DNA of 64,000 bases. It comes from an uncultured Verrucomicrobiae bacterium. Lineage in GTDB: Bacteria; Verrucomicrobiota; Verrucomicrobiia; Chthoniobacterales; JAFAMB01. The DNA lies in the NCBI GenBank assembly GCA_963813025.1, contig CAWEXO010000013.1, forward strand, positions 32,001 to 96,000, read 5' to 3'. The position numbers were made by a program, and so were the translations under genes. Positions 32,984 to 43,072 of the stretch are shown one piece after another. Positions within the stretch are counted from its first letter, which is position 1, and each line of letters opens with the position of its first letter. The notes under the pieces were generated by a model that had not been told where the DNA came from, made no database searches, and worked only from the letters and a program-made list of their open reading frames with translations.

Positions 32984-34087
32984 TCAGGTTTTCTCGGCGA
33001 TGATGGCGATGAGCCCTCCGCCATCGGGGCCCTGGTGCTCTGCGCCGCCGGACACAAACAACGCTGTCTCATTGAGTACAGCGGCGACAATTGCGCCCAC
33101 TGCGCCGCGAATGTGCCGCTGCTGGTCGATATCCCCGTCATTCAGCATTGTGTGAGGTCGCCCGCGGATGAATCCGTCACGTTGCGCTTCGCACTTGACG
33201 AAGGCGGCCCGAATGCGGCGCGCCTGCGCCGCCGGAACCTGCGGTTGTGGCGAAAGGTTCAACCCACTCGCAAGAGCGGTTACACTGCTGATATCAAGGG
33301 CGTCGCTGACAATCCTGTGCGCGATCGTCAAAGGCCCTGACCAGGTCCTGCTGAGACCCGCAATAATGATTTCGTTTACGCGTACCTCGATTCCGGCAGA
33401 AACGCTCGCAACCGACGAGTAGGCATTGAAATCGTGCAGTACTGCGGTCTCCGACGCCTGTTTTGCGGTGATCTCTCCCAAAGCCTTTGCAACACCGAGT
33501 GCGGAAGCGGCTCGCCCGAACCCCATTAGCTTGCCCGGATTATCGGTCGCACAGTTCAGACCGCCGTTGCCCGCCTTGAGCATGTCCTCGAGGGTGAAGG
33601 CAGGCCCCTTAACCTGGACGAAATGCACGTCATCAGGACTCTCGATGCCCCCGCTCGCCATGGCCTGCCTGACGGCGTCAGCCGTCACATCGATCTGGCG
33701 CTGCCGACCGATGTCTGAAGGAGAGAGCTCCGGCGTGAACGCGACACCGATGGCGAGCGACTTCTCTTCGTCCCTCGCCGTTGGGGCCGCGTCGACCGCG
33801 AACACGGTGTAGTGCGGTGACAACACTCCCTCGACGCCGCCGGAGAAGACGAAGGGAACGCGCCTTCTTACGCTTTCCGCCGGGACGCCCATTCGATCAC
33901 CGATAAGCTGCGACAGACAGAGTGTCAGGTACCCGCGAGTGTAATCGTTAACCAGTCCGTTCCCGTGCGTCTTGCCGATGACCGCAACGATCTTTCCCGG
34001 ATCGATAATGCCCTTGTCAATGGCCGCGCTGAGACCCGACACATCGCTCGGATCTTTCAGGCTGAACCTGTGAACGTCTGCGCGCAT
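32984..34087 (-). CDS. Ring-opening amidohydrolase (cyanuric acid hydrolase/barbiturase family), paralog 1
   Basis: GKTHGNGLVNDYTR, FSGGVEGVLSPH, VQVKGP, SVSAG, FVKCE, FVSGGAEHQGPDGGG. Confidence 0.92.
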   Translation of the reverse strand: MRADVHRFSLKDPSDVSGLSAAIDKGIIDPGKIVAVIGKTHGNGLVNDYTRGYLTLCLSQLIGDRMGVPAESVRRRVPFVFSGGVEGVLSPHYTVFAVDAAPTARDEEKSLAIGVAFTPELSPSDIGRQRQIDVTADAVRQAMASGGIESPDDVHFVQVKGPAFTLEDMLKAGNGGLNCATDNPGKLMGFGRAASALGVAKALGEITAKQASETAVLHDFNAYSSVASVSAGIEVRVNEIIIAGLSRTWSGPLTIAHRIVSDALDISSVTALASGLNLSPQPQVPAAQARRIRAAFVKCEAQRDGFIRGRPHTMLNDGDIDQQRHIRGAVGAIVAAVLNETALFVSGGAEHQGPDGGGLIAIIAEKT

Positions 34088-34419
34088 CGCTACTTTGTCT
34101 TAGAACGTCCGGCGAACTCTCGTTACGCTCAGACTATCGCTTCACACCCGGAGGTCAATCGTGCGTCTCCTCCTCACTTTGAACAATTGCTAGACGGAGT
34201 ATGCGTCTCGGGCGGTGCAAAGCCGGCCCGGAGCAGCAATCCTTGATTCGCCAGCGCTATTGCCCGAGAAAACCAGCGATCAAGATGAAATGGGCCGGAT
34301 GCTCAGCTCGATTGGGATTGTCGACAAACCAAGTGCACTATGTTAGCAAGCCCTGTACTAGGCTCGTGCCGCTGTCCCGCCCGCGCATCGTTTTCAATTA
34401 GCCACCATCCAGAATAATT

Positions 34420-35160
34420 ATGCGTGAAAAGCTAGCACGAACGACGAAATCAGCCGAGGCGCTGCCTCAAATCATTACGTTTCCCGGTAGCGAGGAGGAG
34501 CTAAACGAGCCGGATTCCTCTTCGTTAAATAGTCCGCCGCTGCACCACGCGGTGGTTGCTATTCTTCGAGACTTGATCGTTCACAATGAGCTGCCGCCGG
34601 GCAGGCGATTGAATGAGCGGGTTCTATGTGAGCGCCTGAAAGTATCTCGGACACCATTACGAGAAGCCCTGAAACTGCTTTCACACGAAGGGCTGGTTGA
34701 GCTTTTACCGAACCGTGGATCGCGCGTCGTTCAGATGACACGCGAGGACATTAAGCACCTGTTTGAAGTAATTGGTGCCTTGGAATCCTTAGCTGGCCGG
34801 CTTGCGTGCCAGTACATTACGGACGCGGAAGTCTGCGATATCAAGGCCATTCATTACCAAATGCAGGCGAAGTTTATCCGGCATGATCTCCCGGGTTATT
34901 TCCGAGACAACCAGACCATTCATCGACGGATCGTCGCTGCAGCCCGCAATCCGATACTGGCGGCAACCCACGACAACCTGAACACTCGGCTATTGCGTGC
35001 ACGCTACCTCGCGAGTCAGACCAACCACGACCGTTGGGCGGCGGCGATGGGAGAACATGAGCTGATTATCGATGCGCTGGCACGGCGCAATGCGGAAGAG
35101 ACGGCCGAACTCTTACTCCGGCACCTGCAACACAAGTACGAATCGCTTTGCAGCATTTGA
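34420..35160 (+). CDS. GntR-family (FCD) regulator
   Basis: LNERVLCERLKVSRTPLREALK; H...N...EHELII. Confidence 0.92.
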   Translation: MREKLARTTKSAEALPQIITFPGSEEELNEPDSSSLNSPPLHHAVVAILRDLIVHNELPPGRRLNERVLCERLKVSRTPLREALKLLSHEGLVELLPNRGSRVVQMTREDIKHLFEVIGALESLAGRLACQYITDAEVCDIKAIHYQMQAKFIRHDLPGYFRDNQTIHRRIVAAARNPILAATHDNLNTRLLRARYLASQTNHDRWAAAMGEHELIIDALARRNAEETAELLLRHLQHKYESLCSI

Positions 35161-35236
35161 AGCGGGTTGGCAGGTTTGTCGCCAAGGCCGTTCGAATCGC
35201 AGGTCGGAGGAATCGCTAGCCCGGTGGAGAGCCATC

Positions 35237-35334
35237 TGCATGCAATCGGGGACACGCTGTAATCAAAGGAAAGTCCCTTACTTACAATGGGTTACAAACA
35301 TTGTAAAAATGTGCTTGCCAGTTTTGCATGCAAA
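35237..35334. promoter_or_regulatory. Palindromic candidate operator sites upstream of the aminotransferase
   Basis: tgcatgca (35237-35244), ttacaatg-N9-cattgtaa (35282-35306), tttgcatgcaaa (35323-35334). Confidence 0.4.
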
Positions 35335-35411
35335 TGTCGAAATTTGAGCTGATTCGGCCCGAAGTATCTCTCCTGCTTCGCTCCGATTGATCAGGGTGCT
35401 TTGCCCTCCCG

Positions 35412-36732
35412 ATGGAAAAAGAATTCCCAGCGAGCCCGTCTGCCGCCCCGCGCAGAGCCGGAAAGCAATTTTTACAAATACCAGGGCCAACCAACGTCCC
35501 CGATCGCATCCTCCGCGCGATCGATTGTCCGACGATCGATCATCGAAGCCGGGAGTTCGCCGATCTTGGCCCGCACCTGTCTAGAAGGCCTGAAGGCAGT
35601 CTTTCAGATGACCGATGGGCACGTTTTTATTTACCCGGCGAGCGGGACAGGCGCTTGGGAAGCGGCCATCGTCAACACCTTGTCAGCCGGCGACCGTGTG
35701 CTGTTGTTTGAGACAGGCCAGTTCGCGACGCTTTGGAGAAAGCTCGCCGAACGGCTTGGACTGATCGTCGACTTTATCCCTGGCGATTGGCGTCATGGGG
35801 TCGATCCTGCAGCGATCGAAACCAAACTGCGATCTGATTCGTCTCACGAGATCAAGGCAGTCCTCTGCGTCCACAACGAGACCTCCACGGGAGTCACCAG
35901 CCGGATTGCCGAGGTGCGTCACGCGATGGACCAAGCCCAACACCCGAGTTTGCTTATGGTGGATATGGTCTCCTCTCTAGCGAGCATTGATTGCCGGAGC
36001 GAGGAGTGGGGAGTCGACGTGGCGATCGCGGGCTCACAGAAGGGTCTCATGCTGCCGCCTGGACTTGGCTTCAATGCGGCAAGCGAGAAAGCGCTGGCGG
36101 CGGCTAAGCACGCCTGCCTGCCCCGCGCCTTTTGGTCTTGGGAAGACATGCTCCAGCCAAATCTAGATGGCTTTTTTCCTTACACGCCGAATACGAATCT
36201 GCTTTACGGACTGCGCGAAGCGATAGCGATGCTCCACGAGGAGGGTTTGGACAACGTATTCCGTCGTCATGCGCGCCATGCCGAAGCCGGTCGACGCGCC
36301 GTGCAGCAGTGGGGACTTGAGATAGTCTGCCTTGATCCGCGGGAATACAGTAACACGCTGACGGCGATACTGATGCCTGAAGGATCCGTCGAATCGGACT
36401 TTCGGCGGGAGGTACTGGAAAGTTTCAATCTCTCGTTGGGCGCGGGCCTTGGCAAATTCAGTGGCAGGGCATTCCGGATCGGACATCTTGGCGATTTCAA
36501 CGATCTGATGCTCTGCGCCACCCTATGCGGCATTGAAATGGGACTCAAGAAACTGGGCATTCCGCACCACCCCGGTGGCGTTACCGCGGCAATGGAACAC
36601 TTAAGCCGTGACCAAGGCCAGGGGCTAAAACCGAAAGCTATCCCCTCTGTTACGCAGACCGCAGAAACCGCCAGCTTGAGTTCGGCAGGCGATAGGCTGG
36701 AACACAATCTCAACCAGACGCGCGTAAGCTAG
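35412..36732 (+). CDS. Class V PLP aminotransferase (serine/alanine-glyoxylate type), frameshift near 35570
   Basis: FLQIPGPTNVPDRIL..IDHR in ORF 35412; SGTGAWE, HNETSTG, GSQKGLMLPPG, FRIGHLG in ORF 35401. Confidence 0.85.
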
Positions 36733-36774
36733 TTCGTAATTTTCACGCCACTATCCGTCCAAAGTCATCAACGT

Positions 36775-37999
36775 CTGAGATCCTGGCGATCGCGGGCGTT
36801 GATGGCAACGGACAAGAAGAGCTTGTCGACGTCATCGCAGGCGTCAGGGCCGCTACGCGAGGGCGCATTGCGCTGGCTGGTCGGGATGTCACGACCGAGA
36901 ATGTGAAAACTCGGCTGGCCCGCGGAACGGCTTATATCCCAGTCGATCGCGCCACAACAAGCCTGGTCCCAGGCATGTCAGTTCAAGACAACCTGGGATT
37001 GCGCGACTTCGATCGGGCACCTCTTCGTCGCGGGTTGTGGCTTAGCCGCAAGGCCTTTCGAGAACAGGCGCTGACTCGAATCGCCGACTTCGGTATTAAC
37101 TGTGCCGGACCGGACGCTGTAGTTCGAACGCTCTCTGGTGGAAATCAACAGAAGCTAGTGATTGCTCGCGAGGTCAGCCGAAAACCGGGATTGCTGTTAG
37201 CGTTTCAACCGACCTGGAGTCTCGATCCAGGCGCCACCCGCTTTGTCATAGATCAAATACTTACCATTCGGTCGACCGGCGGAGCGGTGCTTTACTTATC
37301 GGCAGAGCTCGAGGAAGTGTTAATGCTCGGCGATCGGATTGGTGTACTTCACAGGGGCCGGCTGGTCAGCGAAGCTTTGCACGGATCTTTAGGGGAAGTG
37401 GGTGCAGGATTCCCACAATCGCCTCAGTTCGTCGAGACGGCCTGGTTGCCAAATCTTCTTCCAGGAACTGACCTGCACATGGGAATCCTGCTCGCACTGG
37501 CGGCAGTTACCATCTGTCATGGTGTTCTTTGGCATACCCCATTTGGCTTTCAGCTCCGGTTGTTCTGGTGAAGACCCGGGCCGGTTTGACGTTGCGTGCG
37601 GTTGGCGAAAATCCGGAAGCAGCTTTTGCCGTTGGAGCCAATCCGATCAAAATTCGAATGGCCGCCATTATCGCAGGGGGCGGGCTTGCTGGTCTAGGAG
37701 GTGCGGTGTTGTCCTTGCAAGAGCTTGGAACCTTTACTGATGGTATGACGAACGGCCGCGGCTTTATCGCCTTGGCTGCGATCATCGTGGCGCGATGGAG
37801 ACCGCTTCGGGCGATCTTTAGCTGTTTGCTGTTCGGAGCCGCCGCAGCGCTAGCCCTGAATATCCAAGGATGGGGGTTACCGGTTAGTTCCTACGTGATT
37901 CAAATGACGCCATATTTGATCGCACTTGCAGTTTTGTGCGGTATCGGCCGGGAAGCGAGAATGCCGGCGGCCATCGGACAATCGTTTTCGCCAAAATAG
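36775..37999 (+). pseudogene. Deletion-fused remnants of a nucleoside-type ABC transporter (ATPase C-half plus two permease fragments)
   Basis: EILAIAGVDGNGQEEL...SGGNQQK...LEEV joined to GFPQS...HTPFGFQLR, then LRAVGENPEAA...GRGFIALAA. Confidence 0.8.
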
Positions 38000-38072
38000 T
38001 AAGAGAGCCCGAGTGATCTTCGAGTCTGCATGGTGACAGCAAGAGCAATAGCCGGAGAAAGAACGAGAATCT

Positions 38073-39170
38073 ATGAAAATCAGTGTTTACAAAGTGGCGA
38101 TGAACGCCCCAAATGACGTCTCGGAATTAGCGAGACTAATTGATTCAAAGGAAATCCGTCCAGACGAGATCGTCGCTTTGATCGGTAAAACTGAGGGTAA
38201 CGGCGGAGCCAATGATTTCACGCGCGGCTTTGCGACATTGTCCTACCAACTGTTGCTCGCAAGCCGGTTAGGAATCTCGCCAGAAGAAGTTGGGAAACGA
38301 ATCGCGTTTGTTTGGTCCGGTGGAACGGAGGGTGTACTCTCGCCTCATGCTACCGTATTTACCCGGTCCGCCGGTTTGACCTCGACAGATGGGCCGATGC
38401 TGGCATTGGGAATTGAAGCGACTCGTGACATCCTCCCGGAAGAAGTTGGGACCATGACTCAGGTTCATGAAGTTGCGGCTGCGGTACGCCGATGCCTTGA
38501 ACAGGCGGAAATCACCGATCCGGCCGAGGTTCACTATGTTCAAGTCAAAGGACCGTTGCTCACTCCGGCGAGTATCGCCGATGCCGATCGGCGCGGGAAA
38601 ACCTTGATCACCCGTGATCCAAATGGATCAAAACCGTTCGCACGTGGAGCGACGGCGTTAGGCGTCGCACTTGGTCTAGGCGAGGTGAAGGAGACCGATC
38701 TCTCGAACGAGGTCATTTCCCGACGTTTGGATTTTTATTCCTCTGTAGCGTCGACGTCCGCCGGAGGAGAACTTAAAAACTGCGAGATCTTGCTCTTCGG
38801 TAATTCCGCCAATTCAAACAGCGATTTTCGGATCGGCCACGCGATCCTACAGGACGTCATCGATGCGGATGGCGTCCGCGCTGCACTGCGTAACGCGGGC
38901 TTGCAATTCAACGTGAACCCATCGCGAGACGAAGCGGCGCGAATTGCCGCAGTTTTTGCGAAGGGCGATGTGAGTCCGAACGGGCTGATTAGGGGACGGC
39001 GAACGACGATGCTTTCAGACGCCGACATCCACTACGAACGGCATGCTCGAGCTGCCGTGGGCGCCGTGATTGCTTCGGTCACCTTTGATCCTGCTATCTT
39101 TGTGTCAGGGGGCACCGAGCATCAATGTGGTCCTGGCGCTGCGCCAATCGCCGCGATCGTTCGCGCCTGA
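38073..39170 (+). CDS. Ring-opening amidohydrolase (cyanuric acid hydrolase/barbiturase family), paralog 2
   Basis: GKTEGNGGANDFTR, WSGGTEGVLSPH, VQVKGP, STSAG, ERHAR, FVSGGTEHQC. Confidence 0.92.
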   Translation: MKISVYKVAMNAPNDVSELARLIDSKEIRPDEIVALIGKTEGNGGANDFTRGFATLSYQLLLASRLGISPEEVGKRIAFVWSGGTEGVLSPHATVFTRSAGLTSTDGPMLALGIEATRDILPEEVGTMTQVHEVAAAVRRCLEQAEITDPAEVHYVQVKGPLLTPASIADADRRGKTLITRDPNGSKPFARGATALGVALGLGEVKETDLSNEVISRRLDFYSSVASTSAGGELKNCEILLFGNSANSNSDFRIGHAILQDVIDADGVRAALRNAGLQFNVNPSRDEAARIAAVFAKGDVSPNGLIRGRRTTMLSDADIHYERHARAAVGAVIASVTFDPAIFVSGGTEHQCGPGAAPIAAIVRA

Positions 39171-39204
39171 CGTCACGCTTGCGCGATTCCCTCGGAGATC
39201 AGTG

Positions 39205-40608
39205 ATGCCTATTGATATTTGGCGACAATCAGGTTTCGAATTAGTCTCTGGCTATCAGGCCGGGCAGTGTTCGCCGGTTGAGGTCGTCGAAGCAGTGCTC
39301 GCGCGGATTGAAAAAATCAATCCGTTGATTAACGCTATAACTACCTTGGACGTGGAAGGCGCTCTGACGGCAGCGCGTGCCAGCGAACGTCGATGGCATA
39401 ACGGCACGGCGCTTGGGCCACTCGACGGGGTGCCAATTACCGTAAAAGACAATATCCTGGTCAAAGATTTGCGGGCAACCTGGGGCAGCCGCGTATACGA
39501 AACTTTCACTCCCATGGTGGACGAGTTGCCGATCGCTCGTCTGCGATCCGCCGGAACGGTGATTCTCGGAAAAACAAATTGCCCAGAATTCACCCTGCAA
39601 GGGTACACGGATAACCTGTTGTTCGGGCCGACACGCAATCCATGGAATCTGGAGCTGACCCCTGGTGGTTCGAGCGGCGGCGGTGTCTCGGCGGTTAGCG
39701 CTGGCCTGGGGCCAGTGGCGATAGGTACTGACGGCGGCGGTTCGATCCGACGGCCGGCATCTCACACCGGACTAGTCGGATTGAAACCGTCACGTGGTCG
39801 TGTCCCGCGCTGCGATGGATTCCCGGCCATTCTTCTGGATTTCGAAGCTGTCGGTGTCATCGCGCGGACCGTTGTAGATGTTGTGTCGGTTATGCGTGCC
39901 ATTAGCGATTATGATCCACGAGATCCAGTGGCTAGTGACATCAGCCGCCACCCTTTTGAGGTTCCAGCGGCACCCCGCTGCCGGATCGCGTTTGTCCCGA
40001 AATTCGGTGAGTCTCCGGTGGACCCGGAAATAGTCCGTCAGGTTGAAAATGCGGCCAGAGCCTTGGAAGGCCTTGGTCACACACTGGAGAAGGGTGACGC
40101 TCCGTTTGACTTCGAGAGAGTGAGTGAGGCTTGGCCGGTTTTCAGCCAAGTTGGACTGGCTTGGCTGGTAAAACAGCATCCGGAGTGGAACGGAAAAATA
40201 AATAATACCCTTGACGAGATGGCAGTAGCCGGTGCTCGGCGCACGGCAACTGATTACTACGACGCCTTAGAAATCGTGAAAGAGCTTCGCAGCGATCTGG
40301 CCCTGTTTTTCGAATCATATGACGTGATCATGACACCTTCAGCCGCGGCCTTGCCCTGGCCAGCGAGCGAGGCGTTTCCGCCAATAATCGCGGGAGAACA
40401 GGTCGGGCCGCGCGGTCATGCCGTGTTTACCGCATTTGCCAACATGGCTGGGTGCCCTGGTATCAACCTGCCGGCGAATCCGGCCGAGAATGGATTGCCA
40501 ATCGGTTTTCAACTCGTCGGCGCTCCGGGTAAGGACGGCCTCCTTTGTGCCATCGGCGCGCAGTACGAATCTACCTATCCTTGGGTGGGCCGGTTCCCGA
40601 AAATTTAA
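39205..40608 (+). CDS. Amidase-signature family amidase
   Basis: VKDN, GKTN.PEF, PGGSSGG, GTDGGGSIRRPA. Confidence 0.93.
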   Translation: MPIDIWRQSGFELVSGYQAGQCSPVEVVEAVLARIEKINPLINAITTLDVEGALTAARASERRWHNGTALGPLDGVPITVKDNILVKDLRATWGSRVYETFTPMVDELPIARLRSAGTVILGKTNCPEFTLQGYTDNLLFGPTRNPWNLELTPGGSSGGGVSAVSAGLGPVAIGTDGGGSIRRPASHTGLVGLKPSRGRVPRCDGFPAILLDFEAVGVIARTVVDVVSVMRAISDYDPRDPVASDISRHPFEVPAAPRCRIAFVPKFGESPVDPEIVRQVENAARALEGLGHTLEKGDAPFDFERVSEAWPVFSQVGLAWLVKQHPEWNGKINNTLDEMAVAGARRTATDYYDALEIVKELRSDLALFFESYDVIMTPSAAALPWPASEAFPPIIAGEQVGPRGHAVFTAFANMAGCPGINLPANPAENGLPIGFQLVGAPGKDGLLCAIGAQYESTYPWVGRFPKI

Positions 40609-40974
40609 GCAGAAAAGCTCACACGAAGACGCAAAGGCACAAAGAAACCAAGGTTCTAATTGGCTACTCGTCTGACCTTGTTCTGCTGGCGTCCTACCAC
40701 ACGGGGGATGGATAAAGAACTGGAACTCATTGCAAGCGATTCTGTCGAAAAGATACACAACGGACTTGGCCCCGGCTTGCTCGAAAGCGTTTATGAGGTT
40801 TTGTTAGCGATGGAACTTGAGCGGAGAGGGCATCGAATCGTCGGCAAGCCACAGTAGCAATCGTCTTTGACGGAATGTGCTAATGAACTGGCGCCGCTCT
40901 CCTGAAAAACGGCATTAAACTAGTAGCCAATTAGGCCTTTGTGTCTTCGTGTCTTTGTGTGAGACTCTCTGCTG
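40609..40974 (+). pseudogene. Degenerate GxxExxY gene (40708-40934) enclosed by inverted repeats
   Basis: MDKELE...IHNGLGPGLLESVYE.L..EL, then frameshift and deletion; arms agcagaaaagctcacacgaagacgcaaaggcacaaag / ctttgtgtcttcgtgtctttgtgtgagactctctgct. Confidence 0.85.
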
Positions 40975-40977
40975 ATT

Positions 40978-41829
40978 GTGTCAGGTCATGTGCTGGTCGT
41001 TGGTTGCGGTTATGTCGGTCTGCCGCTGGCCCGCTCGTTTGTCGAAGCCGGGTGGTCGACCGTCGGACTGACCGGCTCGAAGGCCTCGGCGGAGAAACTT
41101 GCCGCCGAGCCTTTCGCGGTTTTTCCGGTCGATATCTCTTCACCGAACGCGTTCGAAGGTCTTCCGGAACCGGTGTTCGACCTAGCCGTGTTGTGTGCGA
41201 GTTCAGGACGCCGTGGGCCGGCCGGTTATCGAGCAGTCTTTGTTGACGGCGTGTGCAACCTGCGAAAGTCGCTCCGGTTGGGGCACCTGGTCTTGACCAG
41301 TTCCACGTCAGTTTACGGCCAGGCGGAGGGTGATTGGGTGGATGAGAGTTCGCCAGCCGAACCCCTTAGTGAAACTAGTCAGATTTTGCGCGAGAGCGAA
41401 AACCTTGTTTTGGAACACGGCGATACCGTTGCGCGCTTAGCGGGAATCTACGGACCTGGCCGCTGCGTGCCTCTACGAAAACTGTTCCAAGGGAATGCGG
41501 TCCTGGAAGGCGAGGGCGAACGCGTAATGAATCAGATCCATCACAATGACGCGGTGAGCGCTTTGAGATTGTTGGCCGAGCGTGCGCCGGGCGGGGTTTT
41601 CAATGTGGCAGATAACGAACCCGTGACTCAGCGGGAGTGGTACAGGTGGGTCTGCGCGGAACTTGACCGGCCGCTGCCGCCGTTCGGTCCGCGCGACCTG
41701 AACCGCAAACGTGGTTGGACGAACAAGCGAGTCTCAAACCGTAAGCTGCGGTCCGCCGGATGGACGCCGCGCTTTCCGAGTTTCCGGGAGGGAGTCGGTT
41801 CCCTTTGCGAGAGAAAAACACGGGCCTGA
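40978..41829 (+). CDS. NAD-dependent epimerase/dehydratase (atypical SDR)
   Basis: GCGYVG, SSTSVYG, RLAGIYGPGR, KRVSN.KL. Confidence 0.88.
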   Translation: MSGHVLVVGCGYVGLPLARSFVEAGWSTVGLTGSKASAEKLAAEPFAVFPVDISSPNAFEGLPEPVFDLAVLCASSGRRGPAGYRAVFVDGVCNLRKSLRLGHLVLTSSTSVYGQAEGDWVDESSPAEPLSETSQILRESENLVLEHGDTVARLAGIYGPGRCVPLRKLFQGNAVLEGEGERVMNQIHHNDAVSALRLLAERAPGGVFNVADNEPVTQREWYRWVCAELDRPLPPFGPRDLNRKRGWTNKRVSNRKLRSAGWTPRFPSFREGVGSLCERKTRA

Positions 41830-42034
41830 TTGGAGTAGGATAAGCTTGCAGCTTGTGAGGTTGCAGGACCGGCAGGATGCCATCCGCGCTACCGGACAAG
41901 ATCTGCCGACCTGAGCGTTGTGGCCACGAAAAGGCGGACAGGTGATCTGTTATCTGATATCCTTTCTTGGCGATGTTCGTGGCCTTCTGCTAATAAATTG
42001 TTCAATCACAGGCTGAAGCCTGTGCCACTTTCGA

Positions 42035-43072
42035 ATGAGCTTGAAGAAAACCGTCATCCTGTTTGCCGTTTGCTGGATTGCGGTCATTAGCCTGCTGCAT
42101 GCCGGTTTAAACCTGCACGTCTTCCAAGGCCCTTGGATCAGGGTTGCGAAACCATTCAAGGTCGGTTTTTTGCCGGTAACGTGCCATCTCACCTGTCCTG
42201 TTACCGATTTCATTAATAAACAGACCAGGGGTGTTTCCGAATTCGAGCCTATCCGATTTCAGAGTTTTCCGGAATTGAAAGAGGCTTTTCTCAGTGGCGA
42301 TACACCCGCCACGTTTATCCTCGCTCCTCTCGCGATGAAACTACGGGAAGATGGGATTCCCATTAAGATCGTTTACCTCGGCCACCGCGATGGCACAGCG
42401 ATGGTGGTAAACAAGGATTCGTCAATCTATCGGATCGAAGATTTGAAGGGAAAAACGATTGCCGTTCCGAACCGGTTCTCCAACCAGTTTCTCCTGGTCT
42501 TCAAGGCGCTTCGGGACAAAGGCTTGTCGCCGGCCGATGTCGAAATCGTGGAGATGCCTCCGCCCGATATGCCGGCCGCAATCTTCAGCCACGCCGTCGA
42601 TGCGGTTACCTCGGGTGAACCGTTCATGGGTCAGGCTGAAATGGATGGCTACGGGCGAGTGCTTTACCTGACAAAGGATGTCTGGCCGAATTTCATCTCG
42701 TGCGTTCTCGCGGTCAACGAGAGTGCCATCAAACACGACCGTGCCACGGTCCAACGCCTGGTAGACGGAATCGCTCGGAGCGGCCTCTGGCTTGATCAAT
42801 CGATGAATCACCGCATGGAGGCTGCTGAGTTTACCGCCAAGTACTATTATCATCAGGATCCGCGTCTCCTCCGGTTTGTGTTAAGCAAACCTCCCGATCG
42901 CGTGAAGTATACCAATCTGGTGGTGCGGAAACCGGATTTCCTGGAAATCGAGCAGCTCGGGCGGCTCGCCGGCATTCTCAAAGGTAAGGCCACCTTTGAG
43001 GACTACTCCGATACGAGCTTTGTCCGCTCCGGAAACAGTCTCGCGGCGTATTCCTGGGAAAATCCACAATGA
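42035..43072 (+). CDS. NitT/TauT-type ABC substrate-binding protein
   Basis: KVGFLPVT, DLKGKTIAVP, MPPPDM, GEPF. Confidence 0.88.
   Translation: MSLKKTVILFAVCWIAVISLLHAGLNLHVFQGPWIRVAKPFKVGFLPVTCHLTCPVTDFINKQTRGVSEFEPIRFQSFPELKEAFLSGDTPATFILAPLAMKLREDGIPIKIVYLGHRDGTAMVVNKDSSIYRIEDLKGKTIAVPNRFSNQFLLVFKALRDKGLSPADVEIVEMPPPDMPAAIFSHAVDAVTSGEPFMGQAEMDGYGRVLYLTKDVWPNFISCVLAVNESAIKHDRATVQRLVDGIARSGLWLDQSMNHRMEAAEFTAKYYYHQDPRLLRFVLSKPPDRVKYTNLVVRKPDFLEIEQLGRLAGILKGKATFEDYSDTSFVRSGNSLAAYSWENPQ

Noticed and set aside
32984..39170. Naming the amidohydrolases atzD or bar, or calling an atrazine pathway
   Set aside because: Motifs deviate from both enzymes and no atzABC or biuret hydrolase genes are present
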